A DNA stretch of 63,517 nucleotides, counting the filler, from Octopus bimaculoides (lineage: Eukaryota), in the NCBI RefSeq assembly GCF_001194135.2. It is 6 parts of 5 records of this genome, joined end to end, with 100 filler letters (N's around TTAATTAATTAA, not from the genome) between each part and the next. Parts side by side here need not be neighbours in the genome. Positions count along the whole stretch, not along the records: positions 45,850 to 54,686 come from NC_068985.1; positions 54,787 to 60,067 come from NC_068991.1; positions 60,168 to 62,398 come from NW_026384308.1; positions 62,499 to 63,517 come from NC_068986.1; 2 more parts are not named here. One strand, written 5' to 3'. The position numbers and the translations under genes were made by a program. Below are positions 52,325 to 63,517 of this stretch, piece after piece. Under the pieces are notes generated by a model. The model saw only the letters and a program-made list of their open reading frames with translations. It was not told where the DNA came from and made no database searches. How positions within the stretch are numbered: position 1 is the first letter of the stretch; every line of letters begins with the position of its first letter.

Positions 52325-53090
52325 TGAATCGACTGGACTTGCAGGTGTAGTTAACACCGTTGATCACAATGCGCTTCAAATTCCTTCTTGATTCCGAACG
52401 TATTTTCTATTTTGGCTCAAAGGTTTTAACTAAATTGTTTTCACATCATTGTAAAGGCATTCTGGTTGGCCTTTTACGAAATCTTGTATACCACACGGCA
52501 ACTGCAAGGTTTCACATCTTGTCTTTAAACCAGGCGTCATCTTTGCACCAACAGACTCTGTACTCGTGCCATTCTGAAATTACATCATTCACTACACTCC
52601 CTTCCTGAATTACCTCATTGAAAATGACGTTCCTAGCATGGAACATTCCGTAGTCGTTTGTCTCGTAGCCAATCGCTATTCTCTTTTCTTCGCAGTAGTC
52701 TTCACCTCACTTGCTTATAAAAGCGCTGGTAGGACGGTGTTACCGAAGGATTTGTTAGGTAAGGTGTTGTCCAGCTTTTCTTTGAAGCAGCTTTTATTAT
52801 AGTAAACACCTTCCACCCTACTGTTATTCTCTTCGCGATTTCTACATCCATGTTTCAACACATACTCACTGTGTACTCCAGGTAGACGTACTCCTTTACC
52901 ACAAACTTTGCATTACTTCACACTTCTAATCGGCCTTGTGCAACATCTTTGGACTGCTTTTATTTAGCTTTCATGCAGTAACTTTAAAGCCCTACATCCG
53001 AGCTATTAGCGTCCAGGTCTAAAAGCATAGTTTGCAGCTAATTTGTGCCACTAACCATCTACTTCAGTATACTCCATTCAACCGACGCAA
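52325..53090 (-). mobile_element. RTE-clade LINE relic (late RT to C-terminus)
   Basis: Joined minus-strand translation: LQTMLLDLDANSSDVGL..VVKEYVYL..EIAKRITVGWKVF..NTVLPALL..SMLG..DDAWFK..WY..KRP, the RTE C-terminal pattern; many stops. Confidence 0.78.
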
Positions 53091-53688
53091 GCATTGAATA
53101 ATAAATGATAGAACGGTGCTGCTGGTGATGATGATGATGATGACTACAACGACGACGTGTGGATTAATGCTGCGCATACACATCAATGCAAACGTACGTA
53201 TAATTTCTTCGGTACTGAAATTAGTACCTCATGTAGAAGGTTGCAAAACGGCTGTAACCTTATGGAAGTCACGAGGTTAAACAAATACATATCCACCGCT
53301 CGTATATCCTGACTTTATGTTTACACATACTCTCTCGCTTCCTTAATATAAACATGTTTGGCAATAAACTTGCTCCTTTCTGAACATTTCTCTCACACTT
53401 TAAACCCTCATTTTTTTTACACAAAACAACTTTTCTTAGCGGTTTGTAGCCTTGTAGCCGGCATGGTGACCTCAGTGGTGCGAGTAGAATGAAAAACGCC
53501 ATAAAGTGGATGTCATTAGCAAGGGTATCCAGGTGCTGAACTCATGCCAAAACACACTTCAGCATGAGGAGTCCTCAGATGTTGTATATCTTGGATGTTA
53601 TAAATCTGTCCAACCCATGCCAGCGGGTACACAGACGTTAAATGAAGATGGTACTCAGATTACCTCTATTGCATTATTTTATCCATCC

Positions 53689-54160
53689 AAGGTGGCGAGC
53701 TGGCAGAATCGTTAACACGTCGAGCGAAATGCTTAGCGTTATTTTAATAGGTATTTCGTATAAAAAAAAAAAAGGCGGCCAACTGGCAGAAACGTTAGCA
53801 CACCGGGCAAAATGCTTAGCGGTATTTCGTTTGCCACTGGGTTCTGAGTTCAAATTCCGCCGAGGTCGACTTTGCCTTTCATCCTTTCGGGGTCGATAAA
53901 TTAAGTACCAGTTACGCACTGGGGTCGATATAATCGACTTAATTCATTTGTCTGTTCTTGTTTGTCCCCTCTGTGTGTAGTCCCTTGTGGGCAGTAAAGA
54001 AATAGCTATTTTGTTTATCTTTACGTTCTGAATTCAAATTCCACCGAGGTCGACTATGCCTTCCATCATTTCGGGATCGATAAATTAAGCACCAGTTGCA
54101 TACAGGTGTAGATCTAATCGAATGGCCCCCTCACCCAAAATGTCGGGCCTTGTGCCTTGT
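53689..54160 (+). mobile_element. SINE family N older copy, split by a nested young copy
   Basis: Head at 53689-53761; the sequence resumes at about 54001 (..ttacgttctgaattcaaattccaccgaggtcgac..) and runs to the short tail. Confidence 0.85.
53772..54005 (+). mobile_element. SINE family N young long-tail copy, nested, with a ~16-bp TSD
   Basis: Full head to tail; TSD aataggtatttcgtat (53746-53761) and aatagctattttgttt (54001-54016), 13/16 identical. Confidence 0.92.
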
Positions 54161-54786
54161 ACATAGACTACAAAAAATTATTTTATCCATCCATTAGTCT
54201 GCCAAGATATGCCTGGACTACATGTCACTGTACTTTTACTCACTCAAGGCTTGTAACTGATTTCTTTATCTGTGAGTTTTCTGGTAGAGGTTCCCTTCAA
54301 TTATAATTTGGAACACAGTTCCCACTCCTATTCTTGTTTGTTACCAATCGCTCCACACCTACGATTCATTGTTCCCGTGTTGTTTCTGTTACACGTGAAA
54401 CCTTTTATGTTATGGAAAGTAGACAATATTCAACGTTTCATGACTTGTTTAATGTGTACTCACGTGCATGCGCGCACACACAGAGGCGCACTCACATACA
54501 TCCATGCATACAAAGGCACACACGCACACACACACATATATACATACATATATATATGCATACATATATGAGTGCAAACATACACATACGCTACATTCAC
54601 TGAGACACAGATGCACAGATACACGTATGTATGTATATGTATGGTTGTGTGTATATGTAAGTATATATATATATATATATATATATNNNNNNNNNNNNNN
54701 NNNNNNNNNNNNNNNNNNNNNNNNNNNNNNTTAATTAATTAANNNNNNNNNNNNNNNNNNNNNNNNNNNNNNNNNNNNNNNNNNNN

Positions 54787-54885
54787 TATCCCTCTCACCA
54801 CGATCTGCAGCACGAACGGATCCGGATTTCAGGGTTATTTCCCTTCGTCGGCGTTCGATAGCTACTGACCTTGGTGAGAGAGACA
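54787..54885 (-). ncRNA. Type I hammerhead ribozyme (Penelope/retrozyme-like), predicted cleavage at AUC between 54819 and 54818
   Basis: Minus strand: stem I CGAACG/CGUUCG; core CCGACGA (54851-54845); stem II AGGG(AAAUAA)CCCU; GAAA (54830-54827); palindromic stem III AUCCGGAU; C17 at 54819. Stem I continues through GUAGC/GCUGC, GGUC/GAUC and CUCUCACCA/UGGUGAGAG to the contig edge. Confidence 0.85.
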
Positions 54886-55051
54886 AAAACCTGGCAATCT
54901 TATATCTTCTTTTCCAGTGAAATTCTTCACTGATATCGAAAAGGTGAAAACAAGCAATGTTAATTCTCTAAATGAAGTATTAACAGTAACTGCACGATAA
55001 AGTGTAGTATATTGCCACTTAAGTGTGGCTGACCCCTAGGGGTGGATGTTA

Positions 55052-55272
55052 CTGGTTGTCAAGCGGTGGGGGGGGGGACAAACACGGAAACAAAGATACA
55101 CACACGCACACACAGATATATATGTATGTGTGTGTGTGTACCAAATCCACTCACAAGGGTTTGGTCGACCTAAGGGTTTAGTAGAAGACACTTGTACAAG
55201 GTGCCACGCAGTGGGACTGAACCTGGAGTCATGTGGTAGGGAAGCAAGTTTCTTACCACCCAGCCACCCTGT
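55052..55272 (-). mobile_element. SINE family O, 5' half plus the start of the 3' half, truncated
   Basis: Reverse complement: ggtggtaagaaacttgcttccc..ggttcagtcccactgcgtggcaccttgtacaagtgtctt..gagtggatttggta(ca)n..tttgtcccccc..cttgacaacc. Confidence 0.88.
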
Positions 55273-55486
55273 ATTGATTTATGTTTGTTATATTTGTATG
55301 GTGGGTGTTCGTATTCCGTTTCTTATTCGAAATACATTACGGTAAGTTGTAATCTTCCATCAGATTATATTAGTGACCAATTCTGTGAAGAGATCTCTGG
55401 GAAACAACACTTCAGCCCCATTTGGATAAATGTCTTTCCACCATAACTTTTCACTTTCTATATATAGAAGTGCTGTTGTTTTTGTT

Positions 55487-55685
55487 GTTGTGTAGCCTCA
55501 AAACAGCTCCGATGAAGCTGACCAATAATAAAGAACAGTCTTGCTGTGACCATCCTGTCTTTACAGAGTTGTCTGTCTACTTGTACTTTATTTAATTGGG
55601 TCTTCCACTTTTAAAGACGATTGGGTATGATTTGAAGTACATTTGGCGTTAGCTGTTATGTCTGTCATGTGGAGTAATCGTGGAT
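55487..55685 (-). mobile_element. Repeat family X copy
   Basis: Reverse complement: gccaaatgtacttcaaatcatacccaatcgtctttaaaag..gacaggatggtcacagc..gaggctacacaacaac; resembles 16185-16378. Confidence 0.55.
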
Positions 55686-56734
55686 AGGCTTTCCACCTTG
55701 TTTATAAAGACGATGTAGTAGGATAGCAAAGTATCAATCAGGATGTATAAACTGATTTTTATTTATCGTAAAACAAACTGAAAGGATGCTTTCAGCTGAA
55801 ATATAAACGAATTTTATTGAATATCCCAGTAGTAAGTTTGTGATGCGTCCAGCTAGTTTATTTACTAAAGCGTATTTTAGTGATAAAAAAAGTTAACTAA
55901 CTATATATATGGTGAACAAATGAAAAAACAGCCTTATGTTAACGATAAAGCTGCCTACATATTATAAACCAACTCTAAATTGTTTGCTTTTTTTTCTTTC
56001 CTAACAATTCAAAGACGGGAAATAGTACCAAGTATGCCAATTCAAACGAAAATACTGTATTTGTAATGGAACATTTGGAAAGTCAACATCAAACCTTATT
56101 TTAAGTTCTGGCTGATGGTCGTAATCTAACTACTAAAATCGATACGAGAATATCGGAATAATAGAATAAAAGGATATGATAAAAATGTTGAAGAGCAATT
56201 TCTAATTATTTTACATGGTTTTACTGAAAGTACTTCTGGATATATCCTAATTTCTTTTTTCAATTTCCAATGAAGAATTAACACTTTCAGTTAATTGAAG
56301 TTTTGCTTTGCTTGGTTTAGTATTATTTTTTATGGATGGGTAGAGGAGAGTTTGAAGATATTTTTTGCAAACTACTTATATGGGCTTGAATTTTCAATAC
56401 TGGAGGAAAACGATAATTGCAACAAGACTTGAAGAGGAAATGAGAGTTGTTTCCTTGAAAATATCCTATCATTAAAAAATTTCAAAAACACCGAACTCAT
56501 GTAGCACATTTATGAAATGTGTTATTTTTCTGAAAAATCATGTGTAATATTTAAAATATAATAATCAACTATATTTGGGTGCAGGCATAGCGATGTACTT
56601 CCTCATTTTGCGTTCGCAACAATGAATTTTGAGGTTCTGTCACATCGAGTGAAAACTTTGACAAATGTCTTCTACAAAAACTACCAGTCTATCAAAGCTA
56701 TATGAATGAAATTTGATAGACAGAAACTGTACCA

Positions 56735-56970
56735 AAGGCGGTGAGATGGCAGAAACGTAAGCACGCCGGGCGAAATGCTTAGCGGTATTTAGTGCTCCGT
56801 TACGTTCTGAGTTCAAATTCCGCTGAGGTCGACTTTGCCTTTCATCCTTTCGGGGTCGATAAATTATGTACCAGTTACGCACTGGAATCGATGTAATTGA
56901 CTTAATCCCTTTGTCTGTCCTTGTTTGTCCCCTCTATGTTTAGCCCCTTGTGGGTAATAAAGAAATAAGA
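56735..56970 (+). mobile_element. SINE family N young long-tail copy, free-standing, with a 15-bp TSD
   Basis: TSD agaaactgtaccaaa (56722-56736) and agaaactgtacaaaa (56968-56982), 14/15 identical. Confidence 0.95.
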
Positions 56971-58812
56971 AACTGTACAAAAACCCGACGAAGGAATCAT
57001 TTTTCTTCTTTAGTAGTTGACTTAGCACCTGATTCTTTTGGGTGCTGTTGCAAACTTTCAGGGAAATTCTTTAGTTTGAGAATTTCGTCTCTTCTTTCCA
57101 CCATTTTCAGGATCCTGAAAAGAGTCATGTATTATACTCCTCTTCCTCTACCAAAAAGCATGAAATATGTGGTTTTTGTTAAAGACACTACATGCCCAAC
57201 ATTGCGCACACCAGAAATCAACCCTGAACGACGTGTTTACCAAGCTAATCCCATTATATCTTTTCCAATTAACAGTAAATAGTTATCTGGTTTTTACTTG
57301 TTCCTGTCTTTCTTTTTTCTGGTGATAAATTTTCTTGTCGAATGTCAGGGAGTAATTTTTTTAGATATTTATTTATGCCATTCGACGAAAGATTATCTGA
57401 CAATTCTGATAAATATATTAATTTCAGAAATCTATCGACGCTAATAACCGACGCCATGCTTGATTCCTTGTTATATACGTATTTGCTGGTTATTCTTTCT
57501 TTATGACTTCGACTTTGTTTTTTATTTCTGTTTTTTTTTTCTGTGTGTGTGAGTGTTTTTTGCTTCCATCCTATCAAAACTTCTCCCCCGCAAAATAACA
57601 AATTTTGCCTTGCCAACACCACCTTGTTTACCAATAACATTTCAATTAAACATCAACGTCCATCTATACATAGATGTGTGTTGTACGGAATACACAACTG
57701 TCTTCTGGTTTCATCTCTTTTATCAAGGTTTTTTTGTTTTTCATATTTTATGATATGTCTATTGCAAATTAAAACAGTAAAGTTCCTAAACGCCTCAGTT
57801 TCCGATTTTCATAGTCCCATCTGGATGAAGTGACGTTGGCGCGTGTTAGTGTTTATTTATAGTAAGAATCAATGAGAATAATTAGTAAGAAGGAGCAATG
57901 TGATTAATGGATGCGTTACCACTAGAATTTTAATTATTATCATGTTTAGATTTCAGTGTGACTACTGTGTGTTTATTTATGCATTGTATCATCTTATAAT
58001 CATGTGTAGTCTATGTCGGGGATAAATTCTGAAGAATATGAATGTATTGTTAGCGAATTATTTTCGATTTTAGGTATTGTGTGATGTAGTGTATTGCACT
58101 TGCTCTTTCTTACACATAGTGAGCTGGTTGTAGAGTGCCGTACATGTATGACCAATGTAACATTAAGAGTCATGATGTGCACAACTTTCAGAGTGCAGCC
58201 AAATTTATAAAACACATTGACCGTTAATAACTCGTTCACGTATCTACGAGCTTGTACTTTGTTACTTATAAAAAGGCTTTTGATTCTAATGCTTTTTGTG
58301 ATATATTACTAGTGTTATTCATGAATATAACTATTTTTCGTTTATAAAGTGCAAAGCACTTTGCATTATACATTTTACATCTACAATATTATTTTCATGT
58401 TCAGAATATATACTGTCCCAAAAAGGATTTCAACACTATTACCCACATTTTTAGAGTGTATATTTAAAATATTTATTTGTAAACGATTGAGCTCGTCATT
58501 GCATTTTATATATATAATGTTTATAATGTTTACAGCTGCAAGATTAACCGCACTTTTAGAATATACATAAATCCCAGTTTTTATGTGTGCAAACTCCTCG
58601 TAATAGAGTATGTTTTTGTTGTGAATATTTGCATGTCATGTATTTACACCATTGACCTCATTTCTAGTGTATTTATATATTTAATGAATATATTTACAAT
58701 TTTTATAAACCCCATCTCTACAGGATATACTTACAGTACTTATATCTACTCTATTTACTTCCACTTTACAGTATATATTTGCGAGATATCATGTGTGTAT
58801 TAAATATATATA

Positions 58813-60067
58813 CGAGGTGGTATCAAAATGTTCCCGGACTAATTCTGTAGCGCATCAACAGAGCTAGCAGTGACCTTCATGAGGCAGTGTGCCGAGTGAC
58901 ATCGCTGTGTTCACTTGGCAAGTTGTGAAATTTGTGCTTTTGTGATCACGTGTATACTGTAGTCTGCGATTTGTCATGACAGGAAGTTGGAACAAAGAGC
59001 CAACGTCAAATTTTGCGTTAAACGTGGGAAGTCTGCTACAGAGACATTGAATATACTTCGGCAAACTTACGGCGGCAAGGCAATGGGTCATATGCAATGT
59101 TTCGAGTGGCACAGGTGCTTCAAAAGTGGAAGAATATCCCTGGAAGACGACGAGCGGTCTGGAAGACCTGCCACGTACGTGAACCCCCGGAAATGTGGAG
59201 AAAATCCGTCAGCTTGTGCATGAAGAGCGTTGGAGAACAAGCAACGACATTGCTGATGTTGTTGGTCTATGTGTCTGTGCAGGCAATCCTAACGTATAAA
59301 TTGAACGTACGGCATGTCTCTGCCAAGTTTTCCCCCGCCTGCTGACCACTGAGCAGAAAGAACATCGCATTGAAGTTTGTCAAAATCTCCGACAGTGTCC
59401 CACTGATGACCCATCCTTCATGTCGAAGATCATCACTGGTGACTAGAGATGGATCTATGGGTACGATTCTGAGACGAAGCAGCGATCGTCACAATGGAAA
59501 GCCCTTCATCTCCACGACCGAAGAAGGCATGACACAGCTGCATCTCAATCAAGAGAATGCTCATCGTTTTTTTTTTCCGACATCCGCGATATTGTGCATC
59601 GAGAATTCGTCCCCCAGAGCCAGACCGTCAATCAACCGTGCTACTGCAATGTTTTGAAGCGTTTGAGAGAGGACATTCGGCGAAAGCGACTGGATTTGTG
59701 GAGTGCGAAGAATTGGCTACTTCAAGATGAAACTGCACCCTGTTACGGAGCTCTCCTCACTCGTGAGTTGCTTGTCAAAAACAACATGGTATCGCTTCCG
59801 CACCCGCCCTATTCGTCAGATTTAGCATCCTACAGACTTCCGTCTCTTCTCCATGATGAAAACGCTGCTGAAAGGCCACCGTTTTAGCACCATTGTCGAG
59901 ATCCAGAGCAAATCGCAGAAGGTCCTCGACTCGCTTACGGAAAATGACTTCCAGGCTGAATTCCAAAAGTGACAGGTACACTGGGACCGGTATGCTACTG
60001 CAACAGGTGACTATTTCGAAGAAGATGATGATAAAACTTAGGTAAATAAGTTATTTTTTATAATATA
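58813..60067 (+). mobile_element. Mariner transposon (irritans-like); right TIR lost in a contig gap
   Basis: TA plus left TIR cgaggtggtatcaaaatgttcccggact; decayed transposase; the sequence ends at the spacer at 60068. Confidence 0.93.
58987..60041 (+). pseudogene. Decayed mariner transposase
   Basis: EQRANVKFCVKRGKSATETL..CFEWHRCFKSGRISLEDDERSGRP..IITGD..YDSETKQRSSQWK..HREFVPQSQTVNQ..NWLLQDETAP..LPHPPYSSDLAS..GHRFSTIVEIQ..GDYFEED; stops and frameshifts. Confidence 0.93.
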
Positions 60068-62526
60068 NNNNNNNNNNNNNNNNNNNNNNNNNNNNNNNNN
60101 NNNNNNNNNNNTTAATTAATTAANNNNNNNNNNNNNNNNNNNNNNNNNNNNNNNNNNNNNNNNNNNNAGACAGACAGTCAGACAGACAGATAGATAGATA
60201 TAAACTAAGAGATGACTTTGAAAAAATCAAATGTTATACAATTTTCTTTATTAGCCAACAGCTGCTTCTGCTATTATATGTAGAGGCCTCTTAGTTGAGA
60301 CATAACTTTTCTCATTCATAACGCCTGCATGTTTTGAAAATAACTTTCCTAAATAAAGTTCACTTCATATTCAAGGCTCTGATGAAGCTATAGAATTTTA
60401 TCTTTATACTTAACTAAGAGTCCAACACATTTCATAGCAGAAACATTTGCAAGGTAATGAAGTTCATTACATAACATTTAGCTTGTCTGGTGTCGTTTCT
60501 TTGTTTCTATTAACACAATATACACATATAACATTGTGTTTNNNNNNNNNNNNNNNNNNNNNNNNNNNNNNNNNNNNNNNNNNNNNNNNNNNNNNNNNNN
60601 NNNNNNNNNNNNNNNNNNNNNNNNNNNNNNNNNNNNNNNNNNNNNNNNNNNNNNNNNNNNNNNNNNNNNNNNNNNNNNNNNNNNNNNNNNNNNNNNNNNN
60701 NNNNNNNNNNNNNNNNNNNNNNNNNNNNNNNNNNNNNNNNNNNNNNNNNNNNNNNNNNNNNNNNNNNNNNNNNNNNNNNNNNNNNNNNNNNNNNNNNNNN
60801 NNNNNNNNNNNNNNNNNNNNNNNNNNNNNNNNNNNNNNNNNNNNNNNNNNNNNNNNNNNNNNNNNNNNNNNNNNNNNNNNNNNNNNNNNNNNNNNNNNNN
60901 NNNNNNNNNNNNNNNNNNNNNNNNNNNNNNNNNNNNNNNNNNNNNNNNNNNNNNNNNNNNNNNNNNNNNNNNNNNNNNNNNNNNNNNNTTGTGTATATTT
61001 TCATACGTAATAATCAAAACCTATAACTTGATATTCAAGAATAGCATATCCTATATTTGACTTAAAAGTTTCTTTCTGCTTTTTGAATCGGTACACTTTG
61101 TAATGACTAACACAATTTCACTCATGCTTCAATGATAATTTCTATAGGACTCTGAATTTTTCTTTGTCAAAGTTACGCACCCAATATGCAACGTACATAG
61201 ATCACTTTCTTGTAATAAGACATGATTTTACAGCATGACATATTTTCAGTAGGTCAAATTTGAATTTTATATATGTCCTTGAAGTTTAATGCAATTCATT
61301 TAAAATTTCTATCAGCTCCATTTGTAAAATGAGGTCAACTCACCCTACCTAAATGTTTGCAAATTCGACATTAGTCAGCCTTTCTTGTCAATGGTTATTA
61401 AATAGAAAATAAACCTGTGAAGAAATACATTATGGATCTCCGTCGGTTTCACCAATGAGTACTGAGGTACTACTTCAACTTAACTACCTGCTCGTTGAAT
61501 TGGTTGAATATTCCGCAGAGAGATGTATCCATAATATGACTTTCAGGTAGATTCTGTGTGATAGTTTGTTGAAATTCAAAATAACGATAAAATCCATCCG
61601 ACATGTTTTCACATTTTTTTCAGACATTCAATATGGCTCTTGAAGTCTTGGGTCAACCACAGTAAAATAAGTCCAAGATATATACGGTGATATCGAATGC
61701 GAGACGTTGTGAATGCCACCATGCAGCCACACGCGCGCCTATGCGCACACATGCTCACTCATTCATTCATTCACTCACATTTNNNNNNNNNNNNNNNNNN
61801 NNNNNNNNNNNNNNNNNNNNNTTCGTACAGATTCTGAACTATATTTACAGAGAATTTAATTCATACAAATTATCCATTCTCACATCACTATCAAGATATA
61901 ATATTTCTGTTGATGTGTGTTTACACGCTATTCTTTCCGTTTTACCATTCATAAAATATCTCGTATACTTAAGTTTTCTCACTGGTATTTTTTTCACCAT
62001 TATTAAGACTTGTAAACTTCACCACACAGTTTCGAAAATACTCACCAAAATGTCGAATTAGAATAGAGCAAGTAGAAAATATGAATGAAACCAGTTCGCA
62101 TGGTAAACAAATCACAATAATTAATTACTGGGAACGTCTAAAAGCTCTTCGTTTCTATTTTCTTGAACGCTGAATGAAGAGTTATACTAACATATACATA
62201 TGGAAAATCCTGCAGAGGTATGTTCCAAATGTCGGCATTACAGAGATATTTAATGTACGAACTAGCAGATACTGTCAGCTTCCAAATGTAACTCTTTTGA
62301 AATCACGAAAGAAAACACTATTGTATCAGTCAGATATTTAGAAGTCCTCAACTGTTTCGACTGCTTACCTAAAGAAATCTGAAGTATAAAAGGAACCTNN
62401 NNNNNNNNNNNNNNNNNNNNNNNNNNNNNNNNNNNNNNNNNNTTAATTAATTAANNNNNNNNNNNNNNNNNNNNNNNNNNNNNNNNNNNNNNNNNNNNAA
62501 GGAGCTGTCAGTGTTGAAGTACAGAG

Positions 62527-62574
62527 TAAAATGAGTGCGTAATCACGTGTGTGTGTGTGTTTGTGATTCTGTGT

Positions 62575-62618
<44 letters not shown>

Positions 62619-63010
62619 GTGTGTGTGTTAGAAGGAGCTGTCAGTACTGAACATATAGAATGACATGTGGGTGTATGCATGTATCTGGCCGTGCATGTTT
62701 CTATGTATGTATTTGTGTGACTGTGCGTATGTGTATGCATGTTTGTGGGCGCATGTTTGTTAATTTGTGTGAGAGTGTTTGTGTGTATATAAGCATGTTT
62801 GTGTGTGTGTAAAGCTACAAAGCTGTCAATGTTGGGCGTAACAAGTAAAATGTGTATTTGTGAGCGTATGTATATGTATGTTTCTACTTGTGTATGCACG
62901 TGTGTTTGCCTGGTTGCGTATATGTTTGTATGTATGCGTACGACAATACGCGAGCGTGTGCATGGCTGTATGTGAATGTGTGGCATTAACAACTGTGCAA
63001 CATTTAAGGA
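62527..63010. repeat. Degenerate (TG)n/(TGTA)n-rich low-complexity region
   Basis: Direct reading. Confidence 0.85.
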
Positions 63011-63517
63011 ACGGAGAGAAAATGAAACGCGATGAAACAAAGGGTGGGAGTACTAGATGTATGCTGACTGCTATGTGTGGTGTTTCGAGAAGACTTTTGG
63101 TTGGTTGAAAAGGGAGAATGAAACAGGATGCTTCATCGGATGGATGGATGGATGGATGGATGGATGGGTGGTTTGACGGGTGGTGCGATGGGTGGATGAG
63201 TTTGCAAGCAGGGGTAGGGGCAATGGTAATAAAGTAAGGTTGTGTATGATGGGTGGGTGTTTGTAAATTTAGACTGGTTGTAAATGGTATGCCCTGGAAC
63301 TAGTATTTGTGCAGCAAGGATGAAATAAGTGTGGTGGTTGTGTGTGTGGGGGAAGAGGGAGGCGGGGTACAATAGGAATACTGTGGAATCTAAAGAAACG
63401 GAGGGAAACGAAATCTGGTGAAAGCAGGAGTGATTATCAATTTGAGACTTTGAACGCACATATAAGAAAACACATGGCTGCGACTACCAGAATCATCTAG
63501 AGCGAACGAATACACAC

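Noticed and set aside
54984-55054. tRNA-like cloverleaf
   Set aside because: No T-loop (TTCRA), D-loop GG or 7-nt anticodon loop; kept only as a structured segment.

Overview
AT-rich eukaryotic DNA, very dense in microsatellites, with many N gaps and no protein-coding gene I can confidently identify; probably intergenic or intronic. The SINE families and microsatellite load suggest a cephalopod, probably Octopus (inference). The recognisable content is transposon-derived: three mariner elements (a full-length Hsmar1-like copy with intact TIRs, an irritans-like copy cut by a gap, and a rearranged copy made of two inverted 5' ends), a Tigger/pogo-like MITE, RTE-clade and R4/Dong-like LINE relics, a probable Gypsy LTR with a primer-binding site, and at least four SINE-like families (labelled N, O, R and X here, plus one CORE-like copy). 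The best find is a near-canonical type I hammerhead ribozyme on the minus strand at 54787-54885, with a long stem I and a palindromic stem III, of the kind found in Penelope-like elements and retrozymes. A second, degenerate hammerhead lies at 50044-50079. Three of four young copies of the Nin/Deu-domain SINE sit inside older copies of the same family. Most ORFs in the supplied track are artefacts of microsatellites or N runs. SINE and LINE boundaries are approximate unless TIRs or TSDs are quoted.
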